Shown in pieces: positions 53,341 through 63,119 of a DNA stretch of 64,000 nt. The DNA is from Planctomycetota bacterium (GTDB lineage Bacteria; Planctomycetota; GCA-002687715; CAIWVZ01): NCBI GenBank assembly GCA_044222185.1, contig JBGANV010000004.1, positions 448,001 through 512,000 on the forward strand, given 5' to 3'. The stretch's first letter is position 1. Each line of letters begins with the position of its first letter. Both the position numbers and the translations under genes were made by a program. The notes beneath the pieces are model-generated. The model saw only the letters and a program-made list of their open reading frames with translations. It had not been told where the DNA came from and ran no database searches.

Positions 53341-53586
53341 ATGGTGACCCTCCGCCGCATCCTTCCGAGCCTGGTCGTCTTCCTGGTCGTCGCAGCCGTC
53401 TCGGCCGCTCCGGCTCACGGATGCCCACGGTGCAAGGACGGGCTTTCGGCATTCGAGCAGGATGCCTGGTTCTGGAGCATCGTCTGCATGGCGTTCTCGC
53501 CGTTCATCGTGGGCTTGAGTGTGGTCGGCGTCCTGGTTCGCGCCTCCAAGAAGGCCGCGGCCGCCGGCGTCGTCGATGGGCGATGA
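53341..53586 (+). CDS. Small membrane protein with CxxC after a signal peptide
   Basis: Signal-like helix, AHG-CPRC, C-term TM; ends the oxidase assembly run. Confidence 0.6.
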   Translation: MVTLRRILPSLVVFLVVAAVSAAPAHGCPRCKDGLSAFEQDAWFWSIVCMAFSPFIVGLSVVGVLVRASKKAAAAGVVDGR

Positions 53587-53649
53587 GGGATTCGAACCCC
53601 CGACCGACCGCGTGTAAGGCGGACGCTCTAACCGCTGAGCTAATCGCCC
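53577..53649 (-). tRNA. tRNA-Val(TAC)
   Basis: Reverse complement GGGCGATTAGCTCAGCGGTTAGAGCG..CTTACAC..GGTTCGAATCC..ATCGCCCA; no encoded CCA. Confidence 0.93.
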
Positions 53650-53918
53650 GGTCGGCGGCGTTGTAACACGGGCCATTTTTGCCCGGCCGGACCCCGCCGC
53701 CACCCCCCGTTTGGAACTTCCGGCGGAGTCTGGAGTCTTGCGACGACCGTGAGACAATACCGGCCTCATGCCCGGGCGGGGTGCGTTCGTCGACGCAGCC
53801 CACTCGGATCGAATCGGTTCGGCGGGGTGACATCGCAGGTCCTCCTCGCGTCTGGCCGATGGGAGAAAGGTTGTGATCCCGGTCGGCCGTCGGTCGAGCG
53901 TGGGACAAGGAGTGACGC

Positions 53919-54572
53919 GTGAGCACAGCGGCAGTCGCTGATCATCACGGCCATGACGTGGCCATCCCGGTCGAGAAGACGCCCTTCGGCGTGACGAACG
54001 GCAAGTTCGCGATGTGGCTCTTCCTGTGCCAGGACTGCATGGGATTCGTGGGCCTGTTCGCCGCGTACACGGCGACGCGCGTTCTCGCGTCCAAGTGGCC
54101 CGACCCGAACGAGATGCTGGGCATCACGTTCACGGCCATCATGACGTTCGTCCTGATCTGCTCGTCAGTCACCATGGTGCTCGCGCACGATGCCTGCACG
54201 AAGAACGACCAGGCCGGCCTGAAGAAGTGGCTCGGGTTGACCATCCTCGGCGGCGCCTTCTTCCTCTGCGGTCAGGTGTACGAGTACTCGCACCTGATTC
54301 TCGTGGAGGGCATCGAGCCGAGCCTCCACAACTTCTGGGCGACGTTCTTCTCGCTCACGAGCTTCCACGGGCTCCACGTCCTTGGCGGCGTCATCTACCT
54401 GTCCTGCATGTGGATCGGTGCGGCGCGCGGGAAGTACGGCCCGAAGAACGCGACCCCCATCGAGATCGTCGGCCTCTATTGGCACTTCGTCGACCTCGTG
54501 TGGATCCTCCTCTTCACCTTCGTGTACCTGCTGCCGCCGGCGCACAACGCCATCCTTCACCTTCCGCACTGA
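53919..54572 (+). CDS. coxC: Cytochrome c oxidase subunit III
   Basis: KFAMWLFL, LICSSVTM, YEY, FHGLHV, GLYWHFVDLVW; AAGGAG RBS. Confidence 0.92.
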   Translation: MSTAAVADHHGHDVAIPVEKTPFGVTNGKFAMWLFLCQDCMGFVGLFAAYTATRVLASKWPDPNEMLGITFTAIMTFVLICSSVTMVLAHDACTKNDQAGLKKWLGLTILGGAFFLCGQVYEYSHLILVEGIEPSLHNFWATFFSLTSFHGLHVLGGVIYLSCMWIGAARGKYGPKNATPIEIVGLYWHFVDLVWILLFTFVYLLPPAHNAILHLPH

Positions 54573-54595
54573 ACTCGCACTGGAGTGATGTCGAC

Positions 54596-54904
54596 GTGAG
54601 TGACTCTGAACACGACGCGGGCGCACACGGCTCGCACAAGAAGATCTATCTCCAAATCTTCGGCTGGCTCGTCCTGCTGACGGTCGTCGAACTGCTCTTC
54701 GTGAAGATGTTCACGGGCGCCGGACTGGTGATCATGCTGGTCGGGGCGGCCGTGACGAAGGCGGCGCTCGTCGCCATGTACTTCATGCACCTGCGCTTCG
54801 ACAAGCGGACTCTGGCGATGGTCGCCTGCATGCCGCTGCTGTTCGCCACGATCCTCGTGATCGGGCTGATGCCGGACTCGGCACATTGGGGCCTGCGCGG
54901 GTAG
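54596..54904 (+). CDS. Prokaryotic cytochrome c oxidase subunit IV
   Basis: LVLLTVVE, KAALVAMYFMHL; GGAG upstream of GTG. Confidence 0.88.
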   Translation: MSDSEHDAGAHGSHKKIYLQIFGWLVLLTVVELLFVKMFTGAGLVIMLVGAAVTKAALVAMYFMHLRFDKRTLAMVACMPLLFATILVIGLMPDSAHWGLRG

Positions 54905-54931
54905 TCACTCCCGCCGCGCCGGGCGGCTCAA

Positions 54932-55087
54932 ATGAATGCCGATCGCGAACCGCCCGTGCCCGCTCCCGCCTCCGCCCAGGATCCGTCCGATCGACGCCTG
55001 TGGCGCCTTCTCATCCTTCTCATCTCGCTGGGGTTCCTGGTGGGAATCGGCGTCCTCGTCCTCGCCATCCGGCTCGACTGGACCTGA
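54932..55087 (+). CDS. Small single-TM protein (51 aa)
   Basis: MNADREPPVPAPASAQDPSDRRLWRLLILLISLGFLVGIGVLVLAIRLDWT; read directly from sequence, below the ORF track cutoff. Confidence 0.5.
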   Translation: MNADREPPVPAPASAQDPSDRRLWRLLILLISLGFLVGIGVLVLAIRLDWT

Positions 55088-55145
55088 CGCCTGAGCCTGG
55101 CCGAATGAACTCCCATGGAGGCGCCCTCTCGGGCTCTTGCCGCAC

Positions 55146-56450
55146 ATGAAAATCGCAGTCTTCGGAGCCGGGTACGTGGGGTTGGTCGCTGGCACCTGTT
55201 TCGCCGACTCGGGCCATGACGTGACGCTCGTCGACGTGGACGAATCCCGCGTGCAGATGCTGCGCGACGGGAAGGTCCCGATCTACGAGCCGGGGCTCGA
55301 AGAACTGCTCAAGCGCAACGTCGCCGAGGAGCGGCTTGCGTTCACCACGGATGCTCCCGGTGCCGTGCGCAGCGCCGAGGTGATCTTCGTGGCGGTCGGC
55401 ACCCCGCCGGACGCGCAGGGCCGCGCCGACCTGAAATACGTGATGGCGGTTGCGCGCACGATCGGGCAGAACCTGAACGGCTACAAGGTCATCGTCGACA
55501 AGTCGACGGTGCCCGTCGGAACGGCCGATCGGGTGCGCGCAGCGATCGCATCGAACGCCCCGGAGGGCGCCCAGTTCGACGTGGTCTCGAATCCCGAGTT
55601 CTTGAAGGAAGGCGCCGCCATCGACGACTTCATGAAGCCGGACCGGGTCGTCATCGGCGCGAACAGCGATCGCGCCCGCTCGATCATGGCCGATCTGTAC
55701 GCGCCATTCGTGCGCACGAACAAGCCGATCCTCTTCATGGACGTGCGCAGCGCCGAGCTCACGAAATACGCAGCCAACGCCATGCTCGCGACCCGGATCT
55801 CGTTCATGAACGAGATCGCGCGGCTGTGCGAGCTTCTCGGCGCCAACGTGGAGCACGTGAGGAAGGGGATCGGGACGGATTCGCGCATCGGGTTCCCGTT
55901 CCTGTTCCCGGGGCCGGGGTACGGCGGGTCGTGCTTCCCGAAGGACGTTCAGGCCCTCGTTCAAACGTCCGCGGAGGTCGGCTACGACCTCAAGATCATG
56001 AAGGCCGTCGAGGACGTGAACGACCTCCAGAAGCACCGCCTCACGGAGAAGGTCCTGAAGAAGTTCGGGAACGACCTGTCAGGGCGCACCATCTGCGTGT
56101 GGGGGCTGGCGTTCAAGCCGAACACGGACGACATCCGCGAGGCCCCGAGCCTCGTGCTGATCCGCGACCTGGTCGAGCGCGGGGCCAAGGTTCATGCGAC
56201 CGACCCCGAGGCCCTGGAGTCGACGCGCCGCGCCATTGGCGACAGCGTGCGGTACTTCGAACGGAACTACGACGCCCTCACCGGCTGCGATGCCCTCGTG
56301 ATCGTCACCGAATGGAACGAGTACCGTCGCCCGAACTTCCAGCTGATCAAAGAGCGCCTTCGCACACCCGTGATCTTCGACGGCCGCAACATCTATGACC
56401 GCGGGATCCTCGAGGGGCTGGGGATCGAGTACCACGGAATCGGCCTCTGA
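55146..56450 (+). CDS. ugd: UDP-glucose/GDP-mannose 6-dehydrogenase
   Basis: GAGYVG, KSTVPVG, SNPEFLKEG, GYGGSCFPKD, FKPNTDD.RE. Confidence 0.95.
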   Translation: MKIAVFGAGYVGLVAGTCFADSGHDVTLVDVDESRVQMLRDGKVPIYEPGLEELLKRNVAEERLAFTTDAPGAVRSAEVIFVAVGTPPDAQGRADLKYVMAVARTIGQNLNGYKVIVDKSTVPVGTADRVRAAIASNAPEGAQFDVVSNPEFLKEGAAIDDFMKPDRVVIGANSDRARSIMADLYAPFVRTNKPILFMDVRSAELTKYAANAMLATRISFMNEIARLCELLGANVEHVRKGIGTDSRIGFPFLFPGPGYGGSCFPKDVQALVQTSAEVGYDLKIMKAVEDVNDLQKHRLTEKVLKKFGNDLSGRTICVWGLAFKPNTDDIREAPSLVLIRDLVERGAKVHATDPEALESTRRAIGDSVRYFERNYDALTGCDALVIVTEWNEYRRPNFQLIKERLRTPVIFDGRNIYDRGILEGLGIEYHGIGL

Positions 56451-56546
56451 AGGTCGGTTCGTGCGCCTCCCGGCGGGCTCGCCGGACCCGGAGCGAAAGG
56501 TCACAAAAAAATTTCGCCGTTTTCGCCGACCCCCTCGCCAATACCA

Positions 56547-56762
56547 GTGAACGTCAACGGGGCCGAACAGGAACGACCTCGAGGACGCTTCGGTCGAACA
56601 AGCGGACGACTCGCGAGAGTCCGAAGCCAGCGAGACTGAAGCCCGCGACTTTTCGGGACCGGCACGGGGCCGGGACCGATGAAGGCAGGGGAGTCGGGGC
56701 TTCGTTGAGGGCCGGTTCACGGGGCATGTGCGTGACCCCATGAGCCGGCCCTGACTTTTTTT
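56547..56762 (+). ncRNA. Candidate multi-hairpin small RNA ending in an intrinsic terminator
   Basis: Closing stem 56554-56564/56698-56708 enclosing about six short hairpins; six GGA motifs; terminator follows directly. Confidence 0.5.
56708..56762 (+). terminator. Rho-independent terminator
   Basis: AGGGCCGGTTCACGGGG...CCCCATGAGCCGGCCCT stem then GAC-T7. Confidence 0.7.
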
Positions 56763-56858
56763 CGGCCATCTCTCGCCCCGCCAGGCTGCGCGTCCGCCGA
56801 TGGCCCGGCGAGTGGATGCCGTTAGAGTCGCGGCCCGCCGTTGTTGCGGCGGCTCCAC

Positions 56859-59800
56859 ATGTCCGTCTCCGAGCCGCTCCATTCCCCGACCCGCGCCGTC
56901 CACCTGCTCACCGAGTCGGTCAGTCCCGCGGTACGCGAACGCGCGGACTCCTATCTCGGGGCCTCCCGCGTGGACTTCGTCGGACCCACGCTCGTTCGGG
57001 GGTGCGCCTCCGGAAGCGATTCCTATCAGGTCACTCTGTCCCAGTCCGGGGACATGGTCTTCGTTACCTGCGACTGCCCGTACTTCACGGGGAACCCGTC
57101 CGCGTGCAAGCACATCTGGGCCATGATGCTCGTGGCCGCTCCACGAGGATTTCCGGGGCGCCTCCCCGCGAACCTCACGCCGGTCCTCGTGCCACTCCCC
57201 GAGCATCGCCTCCACGCCGACGACGAGGATGGCCGGCAGGCTCGTGAGGCGCGTTCAGCGAAGATCGTCCGGAAGACGCCGGTTCCTGCGTGGGAGCTCC
57301 AGCTTCGGCGCGCCATGGGGAGCCGCCCCGAGCGCAAACGCGTCGAGGCCGTCGTCATCCAGCGCCCGCTCGCGATGGCCTGCGTCATCGACCGGGTCGC
57401 CTCGAACGGGCAGGTGCTCGCGCTCGATCTCCTGTTCCGCGAGACGCGCCAGGACGGCACCCCAGGTGCATTCAAATCCATGATGCTCAATCGCGCGGAC
57501 GCCGGGCAGCGGCTCGATCGCGCGACGTTCCAGCTACTGGTCGGGATCATCGGAGCGGGAAGCGAGCTCTTCAACTTGAGCGACGCCATGTTCCTGTCAC
57601 CGATCCCCAATCGCGTCGTGTTGCCGAGGGCTCTCGCGGAGGTCTCGCTGCCGGCGTTGTCGGCGGCGGGATGTTTGTTTGGCGGAACAGCCGGTTCCAA
57701 GGAGTGGACCCCTCTCGCATGGGATGCCGGTGGGGCGTGGGAGCTGGCTCTCTATCTCGAGCCGGCGAAGACTCCGCCCGAGTCGTATCTCCTCGAGCCG
57801 CGACTTCGTCGGGACTCGCAGTGGCTGGGTGTCGATGCGATCGCGGCGTTGACCTCCGACGGGATCGTCGTCACGCAGTCCACGGTCGGGGCTGCGGAGC
57901 TTCGCGGCGGCGCGCACCTCGTCGACCTCACGCGAACGGACGGCCCGCTCGTCGTCCATCGCAGCGACGTCCTCCGTTTCGCCGATCACATCTTGAAGAT
58001 GAAGGACCTGCCGCCGCTCGTCCTTCCCGAGTTCGTGCGAGTTCCCGCGTCGCCGCCCGTCCCGGTGCCGTGCGCCGTGATCACGAAAGGCGAGGACCGC
58101 TCGCGCGCGAATTCGGAATTCGATGCGGCCGTCAAGTTTGCCTACGGCGAGCGCACGTATGAACTCGGCGACGTGGGGTCGGGGTGGTGCGACGAAGCGA
58201 CGGCGACCGTGACGCTCCGAAACACCGCACGGGAGAAGCAGGCGATCGACGAACTCCTCGAGTCGGGGTTCCGGCTCTCGACGGACATGAACGGGCGCCT
58301 CTCGGTCACACTGCCGAAGGCCCGGGCGTCCGAAGCGATGCGCGCGCTCATCGCACTCGGCTGGCGTCTCGAAGCCGACGGACGCGTGTTCCGCGCGTCC
58401 GGCGCGTGGAAGCTGTCGGTGGGGTCCGGACTCGACTGGTTCGATCTGGAGGGCGGGCTCGCGTTCGGGGACGAGATCGTCCCGCTGCCGCGCCTTCTCG
58501 CGGCGATGCGCGACGGGGAGACGACGGTTCTCTTGGGCGACGGCGCGCTCGGGATGATCCCAGAGGAGTGGCTTCGGCGCTTCGGCGGACTCGCCACGCT
58601 GGGCAAGGAGGAGGGCGAGCGGATCCGTTTCACGAGCGGGCAGGTCGGACTGCTCGACGCGATGCTCGCGGTTCAGCCCGAGATCTCGTTCGACGCCAGG
58701 TTCCGCCAGGCCCGTGAAAGGCTCGCGCAGTTCGACCGGATCTCGGCGAAGGACGAGCCCGAAGGATTCGTCGGTACGCTTCGCCCGTATCAGCGCGAGG
58801 GCCTCGGGTGGCTGTGCTTCCTCGAGGAGTTTGGCTTCGGCGGATGCCTCGCCGACGACATGGGACTCGGGAAGACGATCCAGGTGCTCGCGTACCTTCT
58901 CGCGCGCAAGCGGTCGGGCCCGGCCCTCGTCGTCTGTCCGCGGTCGCTCGTGTTCAACTGGACGGCCGAGGCGAAGCGCTTTGCACCGGGGCTGCGTGTC
59001 CTCGATCACAGTCATGCGGAACGCGGAGTGCCTGGCGACCACTTCGACGAGCACGACCTCGTTCTCACCACGTACGGCATCTTGCGGCGAGACATCACGC
59101 AGCTCCGCGAGCGTGAGTTCGACGTCGTGATTCTCGATGAGGCGCAGTCGATCAAGAACGCGGGGACGGAGGCGGCGAAGGCGGCGCGGCTGCTGAATGG
59201 GCGGCATCGCCTCGCGCTCAGTGGCACGCCCATCGAGAATCGCCTCTCCGAGCTGTGGAGTCTGTTCGAGTTCCTGAACCCTGGCCTGCTCGGGGCGGCG
59301 AAGGCGTTCGACTCTTTGGCGGCCGCGGCGTCCGACCCCCAGTCGTTGACTGCCGTTTCGCGGGCCGTCCGGCCGTACATCCTTCGCCGGACGAAGGACC
59401 AGGTCGTGAAAGACCTGCCCAAGAAACTGGAGCAGACGCTGGTTTGTGAGCTGGAGCCTGCGCAGCGCAAGCTCTACGACGAACTCCGCGATCACTACCG
59501 GTCCGCGCTCCTGGGTGAGGTCGATCGACTCGGGCTCGCGCGCGCGAAGATCCAGGTTCTCGAGGCGCTGCTCCGACTGCGTCAGGCCGCGTGCCATCCG
59601 GGACTCATCGACAAGAAGCGAGTCTCCGACTCGTCGGCGAAGCTGGACACGCTCCTCGATCAGATCGAGGAAGTGACGGCGGAGGATCACAAACTGCTCG
59701 TGTTCTCTCAGTTCACGAGCATGTTGTCGATCGTGAAGGCGCGGTTGACGGCGAAGAAGATCGACTTCGAGTACCTGGACGGGAAGACGCGCGATCGCGA

Positions 59801-60140
59801 GGCGAACGTATCGCGGTTTCGCAACGACCCAGGATGCCGCGTCTTCTTGATCAGCCTTCGGGCGGGCGGGCTCGGGTTGAATCTCGTCGAGGCCGACTAC
59901 GTGTTTCTTCTCGATCCGTGGTGGAACCCAGCCGTCGAGGCGCAAGCCGTGGATCGCGCGCACAGAATCGGACAGACGCGCGCGGTGTTCGCGTACCGAC
60001 TCATCGCGAAGGACACGGTCGAGGAGAAGGTCGTTCAACTGCAGCAGCAGAAGAAAGCGCTCGCGGACGCCATCATTCGCGCCGACGAGTCGTTGATCCG
60101 ATCGCTCACGCGCGAGGATCTCGAATTGTTGCTGTCGTGA
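56859..60140 (+). CDS. SWIM zinc finger-SNF2 family helicase/translocase
   Basis: CDCP..CKH SWIM; LRPYQ, ADDMGLGKT, DEAQ, SGTPIEN, FSQF, DPWWNPA, DRAHRIGQ. Confidence 0.94.
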   Translation: MSVSEPLHSPTRAVHLLTESVSPAVRERADSYLGASRVDFVGPTLVRGCASGSDSYQVTLSQSGDMVFVTCDCPYFTGNPSACKHIWAMMLVAAPRGFPGRLPANLTPVLVPLPEHRLHADDEDGRQAREARSAKIVRKTPVPAWELQLRRAMGSRPERKRVEAVVIQRPLAMACVIDRVASNGQVLALDLLFRETRQDGTPGAFKSMMLNRADAGQRLDRATFQLLVGIIGAGSELFNLSDAMFLSPIPNRVVLPRALAEVSLPALSAAGCLFGGTAGSKEWTPLAWDAGGAWELALYLEPAKTPPESYLLEPRLRRDSQWLGVDAIAALTSDGIVVTQSTVGAAELRGGAHLVDLTRTDGPLVVHRSDVLRFADHILKMKDLPPLVLPEFVRVPASPPVPVPCAVITKGEDRSRANSEFDAAVKFAYGERTYELGDVGSGWCDEATATVTLRNTAREKQAIDELLESGFRLSTDMNGRLSVTLPKARASEAMRALIALGWRLEADGRVFRASGAWKLSVGSGLDWFDLEGGLAFGDEIVPLPRLLAAMRDGETTVLLGDGALGMIPEEWLRRFGGLATLGKEEGERIRFTSGQVGLLDAMLAVQPEISFDARFRQARERLAQFDRISAKDEPEGFVGTLRPYQREGLGWLCFLEEFGFGGCLADDMGLGKTIQVLAYLLARKRSGPALVVCPRSLVFNWTAEAKRFAPGLRVLDHSHAERGVPGDHFDEHDLVLTTYGILRRDITQLREREFDVVILDEAQSIKNAGTEAAKAARLLNGRHRLALSGTPIENRLSELWSLFEFLNPGLLGAAKAFDSLAAAASDPQSLTAVSRAVRPYILRRTKDQVVKDLPKKLEQTLVCELEPAQRKLYDELRDHYRSALLGEVDRLGLARAKIQVLEALLRLRQAACHPGLIDKKRVSDSSAKLDTLLDQIEEVTAEDHKLLVFSQFTSMLSIVKARLTAKKIDFEYLDGKTRDREANVSRFRNDPGCRVFLISLRAGGLGLNLVEADYVFLLDPWWNPAVEAQAVDRAHRIGQTRAVFAYRLIAKDTVEEKVVQLQQQKKALADAIIRADESLIRSLTREDLELLLS

Positions 60141-60360
60141 TGCCGAGTGCTCGAACGCGAGGCTGAGACCCCATCGCACGGGCCACCTTTCGTCGGACTG
60201 GCCGCACGCTGCCCTTCCCGGAATCGCGCCATCGTTCGGATGTACGGAGCGGGGGTCGCTCTATAGCATCCAGGTCCAGTCGTTGGACGTTCACTCGCCG
60301 GGCCGCGTGCGGAACCCTTCACTGAGCGCGCCCTGCCGGAGTCCCGACCGGAGGCTCGTG

Positions 60361-62670
60361 ATGTTCCGATTCCGACCAGGCGGGCTGTTTGCGGCGCTGG
60401 TGTGCGTACTCGTCAGTGGGCTCACGCTCGTCCCACCACCTCCGCCGGCGTGGAAGGTGATCGGGTGGAACGACACGGGCATGCATCAGGTGGATCCCGA
60501 TTACTCCGTGTTCTCGTTCCATCCGCTCGGGAACGACATCCGCGCGCAGGTGATCTCTCCGCAAGGCGTCCTGATGACGGCACCGGCTGGGATGTCGGTG
60601 ACTTACGAAGCCGTCGCTGACGGCAGGGGTTCGCAGAATCGATCATCGGCCGCGAAGTCGAACTTCTGGAGTTTCGTCGGAGGGACATACGGCGCAACGC
60701 CCGCGCCGGACACCGGCCTCGCGGGCGCCATGATGCCGGGGTCGTCGAATACGCCTCGAGCGATGAGCTTCGATCCGACGACGAACGCGTTCCGCGCCAG
60801 CGGGATCCCGGTGACTCCATTCGACGACGGCGGACACTTACGCCCGTTTCCGATGATGAAGCTCGTGCTTCGTGATCCCGCGGGCGCGCCCCTCGCCAGC
60901 ACGAAGGTCGTGCTGCCCGTGTCCGACGAATTCAATTGCCGAGTCTGTCACGGATCAGGCATCGGCATCGCACAGCCAACGCACGGGTGGGCGTGGGATC
61001 CGAACGTCGACCGGGATTACCGATTGAACATCCTGCGCATTCACGACGAGTTGAACTCTGGATCACAGGCGTATGCCGCGGCGTTGTTGGCGGCCGGATA
61101 TGCGCCCGCGGGACTCGAGTTGACGGCGGCGGGCGGCACGGCCGTGCGCTGTGCGAAGTGCCACGCTTCGAACGCGTATCCGGGCTCGGGCATGGCGGGA
61201 ATCATGCCGCTGACCGCAGCGATCCACTCGCTGCATGCCTACGCTCCCGATCCGCAGTTCGGTGTACCGCTCGACTTCAAGAGCGACCGGAGCGCCTGCT
61301 ATCGCTGCCATGCCGGTGCGAACACGCAGAGTCTCCGGGGTGTCATGGGGAACCACGTGAGCGATTACGGCACGCGAGACATCCAGTGCCAGAGCTGCCA
61401 CGGCTCGATCCTCGCCGTGGGTGCGCCGACGCGACAAGGCTGGCTCGACGAGCCCACGTGCCAGAATTGCCACACGGGAACGGCGATGAACAACAACGGT
61501 GGCATTCGGTACTCGTCGGCGTTCGACGTCAACGGGGCACTGCGCCCTGCCGCGGATCCGCGATTCGCGACGACGCCCGATGTCCCGTCCCCAGGGCACT
61601 CGCTCTACCGGTATTCGACGGGACACGGCGGCTTGTCTTGTGAAGCCTGCCACGGGCCGGCGCACGCCGAGGTCGCGTCGTCTCAGGCGAACGACAACGT
61701 GCAGAACGTCGCTCTGCAGGGCCATGGTGGGAAGCTTGCCGAGTGCACGGCCTGTCACGACACGCAACCGGTGACCGTGAACGGCGGGCCGCACGGAATG
61801 CATCCGATCGGCGGCAGCTGGATCGATGGCCATGAGAACGTGGGGAGTGCCGCTCTCGCAGGCTGCCGGGATTGCCACGGCTCCGACTATCGGGGGACCG
61901 TTCTCTCGCGGATGCAGAAGACGCGCACGTTCCAAACCGATTTCGGGACCGTTACGTTCGCCGCGGGATCCCAGATCGGCTGTTACTCGTGCCACCAGGG
62001 GCCGCAGAACGAGAACGCCAATCCGAACCACAGACCCGTGGTACAGAACGCGACGGGCGTATCGCAGCTCGGCAACTCCGTCACGGTCCCGCTCTCCGTC
62101 ACGGATCAGGACAATGATCCGCTCAATTTGCGAGTCGTGACCCAGCCCGCGCACGGGCGGGTCTCGTTTTCTGGAACGGACGCGATCTATGAGCCGGACC
62201 CGGGCTTCGCCGGATCGGACGCATTCACCTACCTTGCGTGGGACGGCTCGATCGACTCCAACCTCGGCTCGGTCACCATCACGCGCGGTGGGGAGTGGAG
62301 CCTCTACGGCGACGGCGTTCCTGGCTCGACCTATCAAGCGCCCGTGATCTACCTCTCGTCGACGCCGACCATCGGTTCCACCTCCAACATCTTCGTCGAG
62401 AACTCCTCCTACATGCCGAGCACGGCGTTCCTCATTTTCTCTTCCGAGAAGGCCGCGATTGCGCCGGGTTACGGAGGCCGTTTGTTGTGTGAGCCGGAGT
62501 TCGTGGTGCCAGTGCCTCTGCCCGCGTTCGGCCTCACTCTTCAGTGGGCCATCCCCAACCTCCAGTCCCTGATCGGCGTCACGATCTACGGCCAGGTGAT
62601 CGAAGTCGATCCCGGCGCCCATTTCGGTTTCTCGGCGACGCGCGGGCTTCGCGTGACCATCGGTCCGTGA
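60361..62670 (+). CDS. Secreted nonaheme cytochrome c with cadherin-like/Ig domain and C-terminal beta domain
   Basis: Signal peptide; WNDTGMH N-domain; nine CxxCH; DQDNDPL..PAHG..Y.PDPGF.G.D.FTY (Big_9-like). Confidence 0.87.
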   Translation: MFRFRPGGLFAALVCVLVSGLTLVPPPPPAWKVIGWNDTGMHQVDPDYSVFSFHPLGNDIRAQVISPQGVLMTAPAGMSVTYEAVADGRGSQNRSSAAKSNFWSFVGGTYGATPAPDTGLAGAMMPGSSNTPRAMSFDPTTNAFRASGIPVTPFDDGGHLRPFPMMKLVLRDPAGAPLASTKVVLPVSDEFNCRVCHGSGIGIAQPTHGWAWDPNVDRDYRLNILRIHDELNSGSQAYAAALLAAGYAPAGLELTAAGGTAVRCAKCHASNAYPGSGMAGIMPLTAAIHSLHAYAPDPQFGVPLDFKSDRSACYRCHAGANTQSLRGVMGNHVSDYGTRDIQCQSCHGSILAVGAPTRQGWLDEPTCQNCHTGTAMNNNGGIRYSSAFDVNGALRPAADPRFATTPDVPSPGHSLYRYSTGHGGLSCEACHGPAHAEVASSQANDNVQNVALQGHGGKLAECTACHDTQPVTVNGGPHGMHPIGGSWIDGHENVGSAALAGCRDCHGSDYRGTVLSRMQKTRTFQTDFGTVTFAAGSQIGCYSCHQGPQNENANPNHRPVVQNATGVSQLGNSVTVPLSVTDQDNDPLNLRVVTQPAHGRVSFSGTDAIYEPDPGFAGSDAFTYLAWDGSIDSNLGSVTITRGGEWSLYGDGVPGSTYQAPVIYLSSTPTIGSTSNIFVENSSYMPSTAFLIFSSEKAAIAPGYGGRLLCEPEFVVPVPLPAFGLTLQWAIPNLQSLIGVTIYGQVIEVDPGAHFGFSATRGLRVTIGP

Positions 62671-62995
62671 TCCCGCACGGGGCGCGGCGCCGCCGTCTCG
62701 CCCGCGCCCTCTCCCGCCTCCGTTCGCCCTTCCGTTTCTCCGCCGGGCGCCCGCCTCCTGGGACCGCGCTGACATCGCCCCGCTCCGACTTGTTCTCTCC
62801 AACTCCCTCGGCCGATCCCCCGCGGTCCCAAGTCCGCGAGGCTGGGATTCGCCCCACTTCCCTCGCGCACCGTGTCGTTCATCGCCCGCTCGGCTCCGGT
62901 TGACCCCCCCAGACCCGAGGGTTACGATCCGGCCCCCAAGTTCTTCGCTGGGACGCCGTTGCTCGCAACATCGCCCCAGCCAGTCCAGTTCGTTT

Positions 62996-63070
62996 CGGGG
63001 CGTGGCGCAGCCTGGCTAGCGCGCTTGAATGGGGTTCAAGAGGTCGTGGGTTCAAATCCCATCGCCCCGA
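62996..63070 (+). tRNA. tRNA-Pro(GGG)
   Basis: CGGGGCGTGGCGCAGCCTGG..CTTGA-ATGGGGT-TCAAG..GGTTCAAATCC..CGCCCCGA. Confidence 0.93.
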
Positions 63071-63078
63071 CTTTCGCA

Positions 63079-63119
63079 AGGCCCGACGTGTCAAAGAGAT
63101 ACGTCGGGCCTCGCTTTTT
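63079..63119 (+). terminator. Terminator hairpin after tRNA-Pro
   Basis: AGGCCCGACGTGTC/GATACGTCGGGCCT stem followed by cgcTTTTT. Confidence 0.7.

Noticed and set aside
53577-53649. tRNA-Val as an integration site
   Set aside because: Both flanks are oxidase genes; no integrase or duplicated 3' end seen
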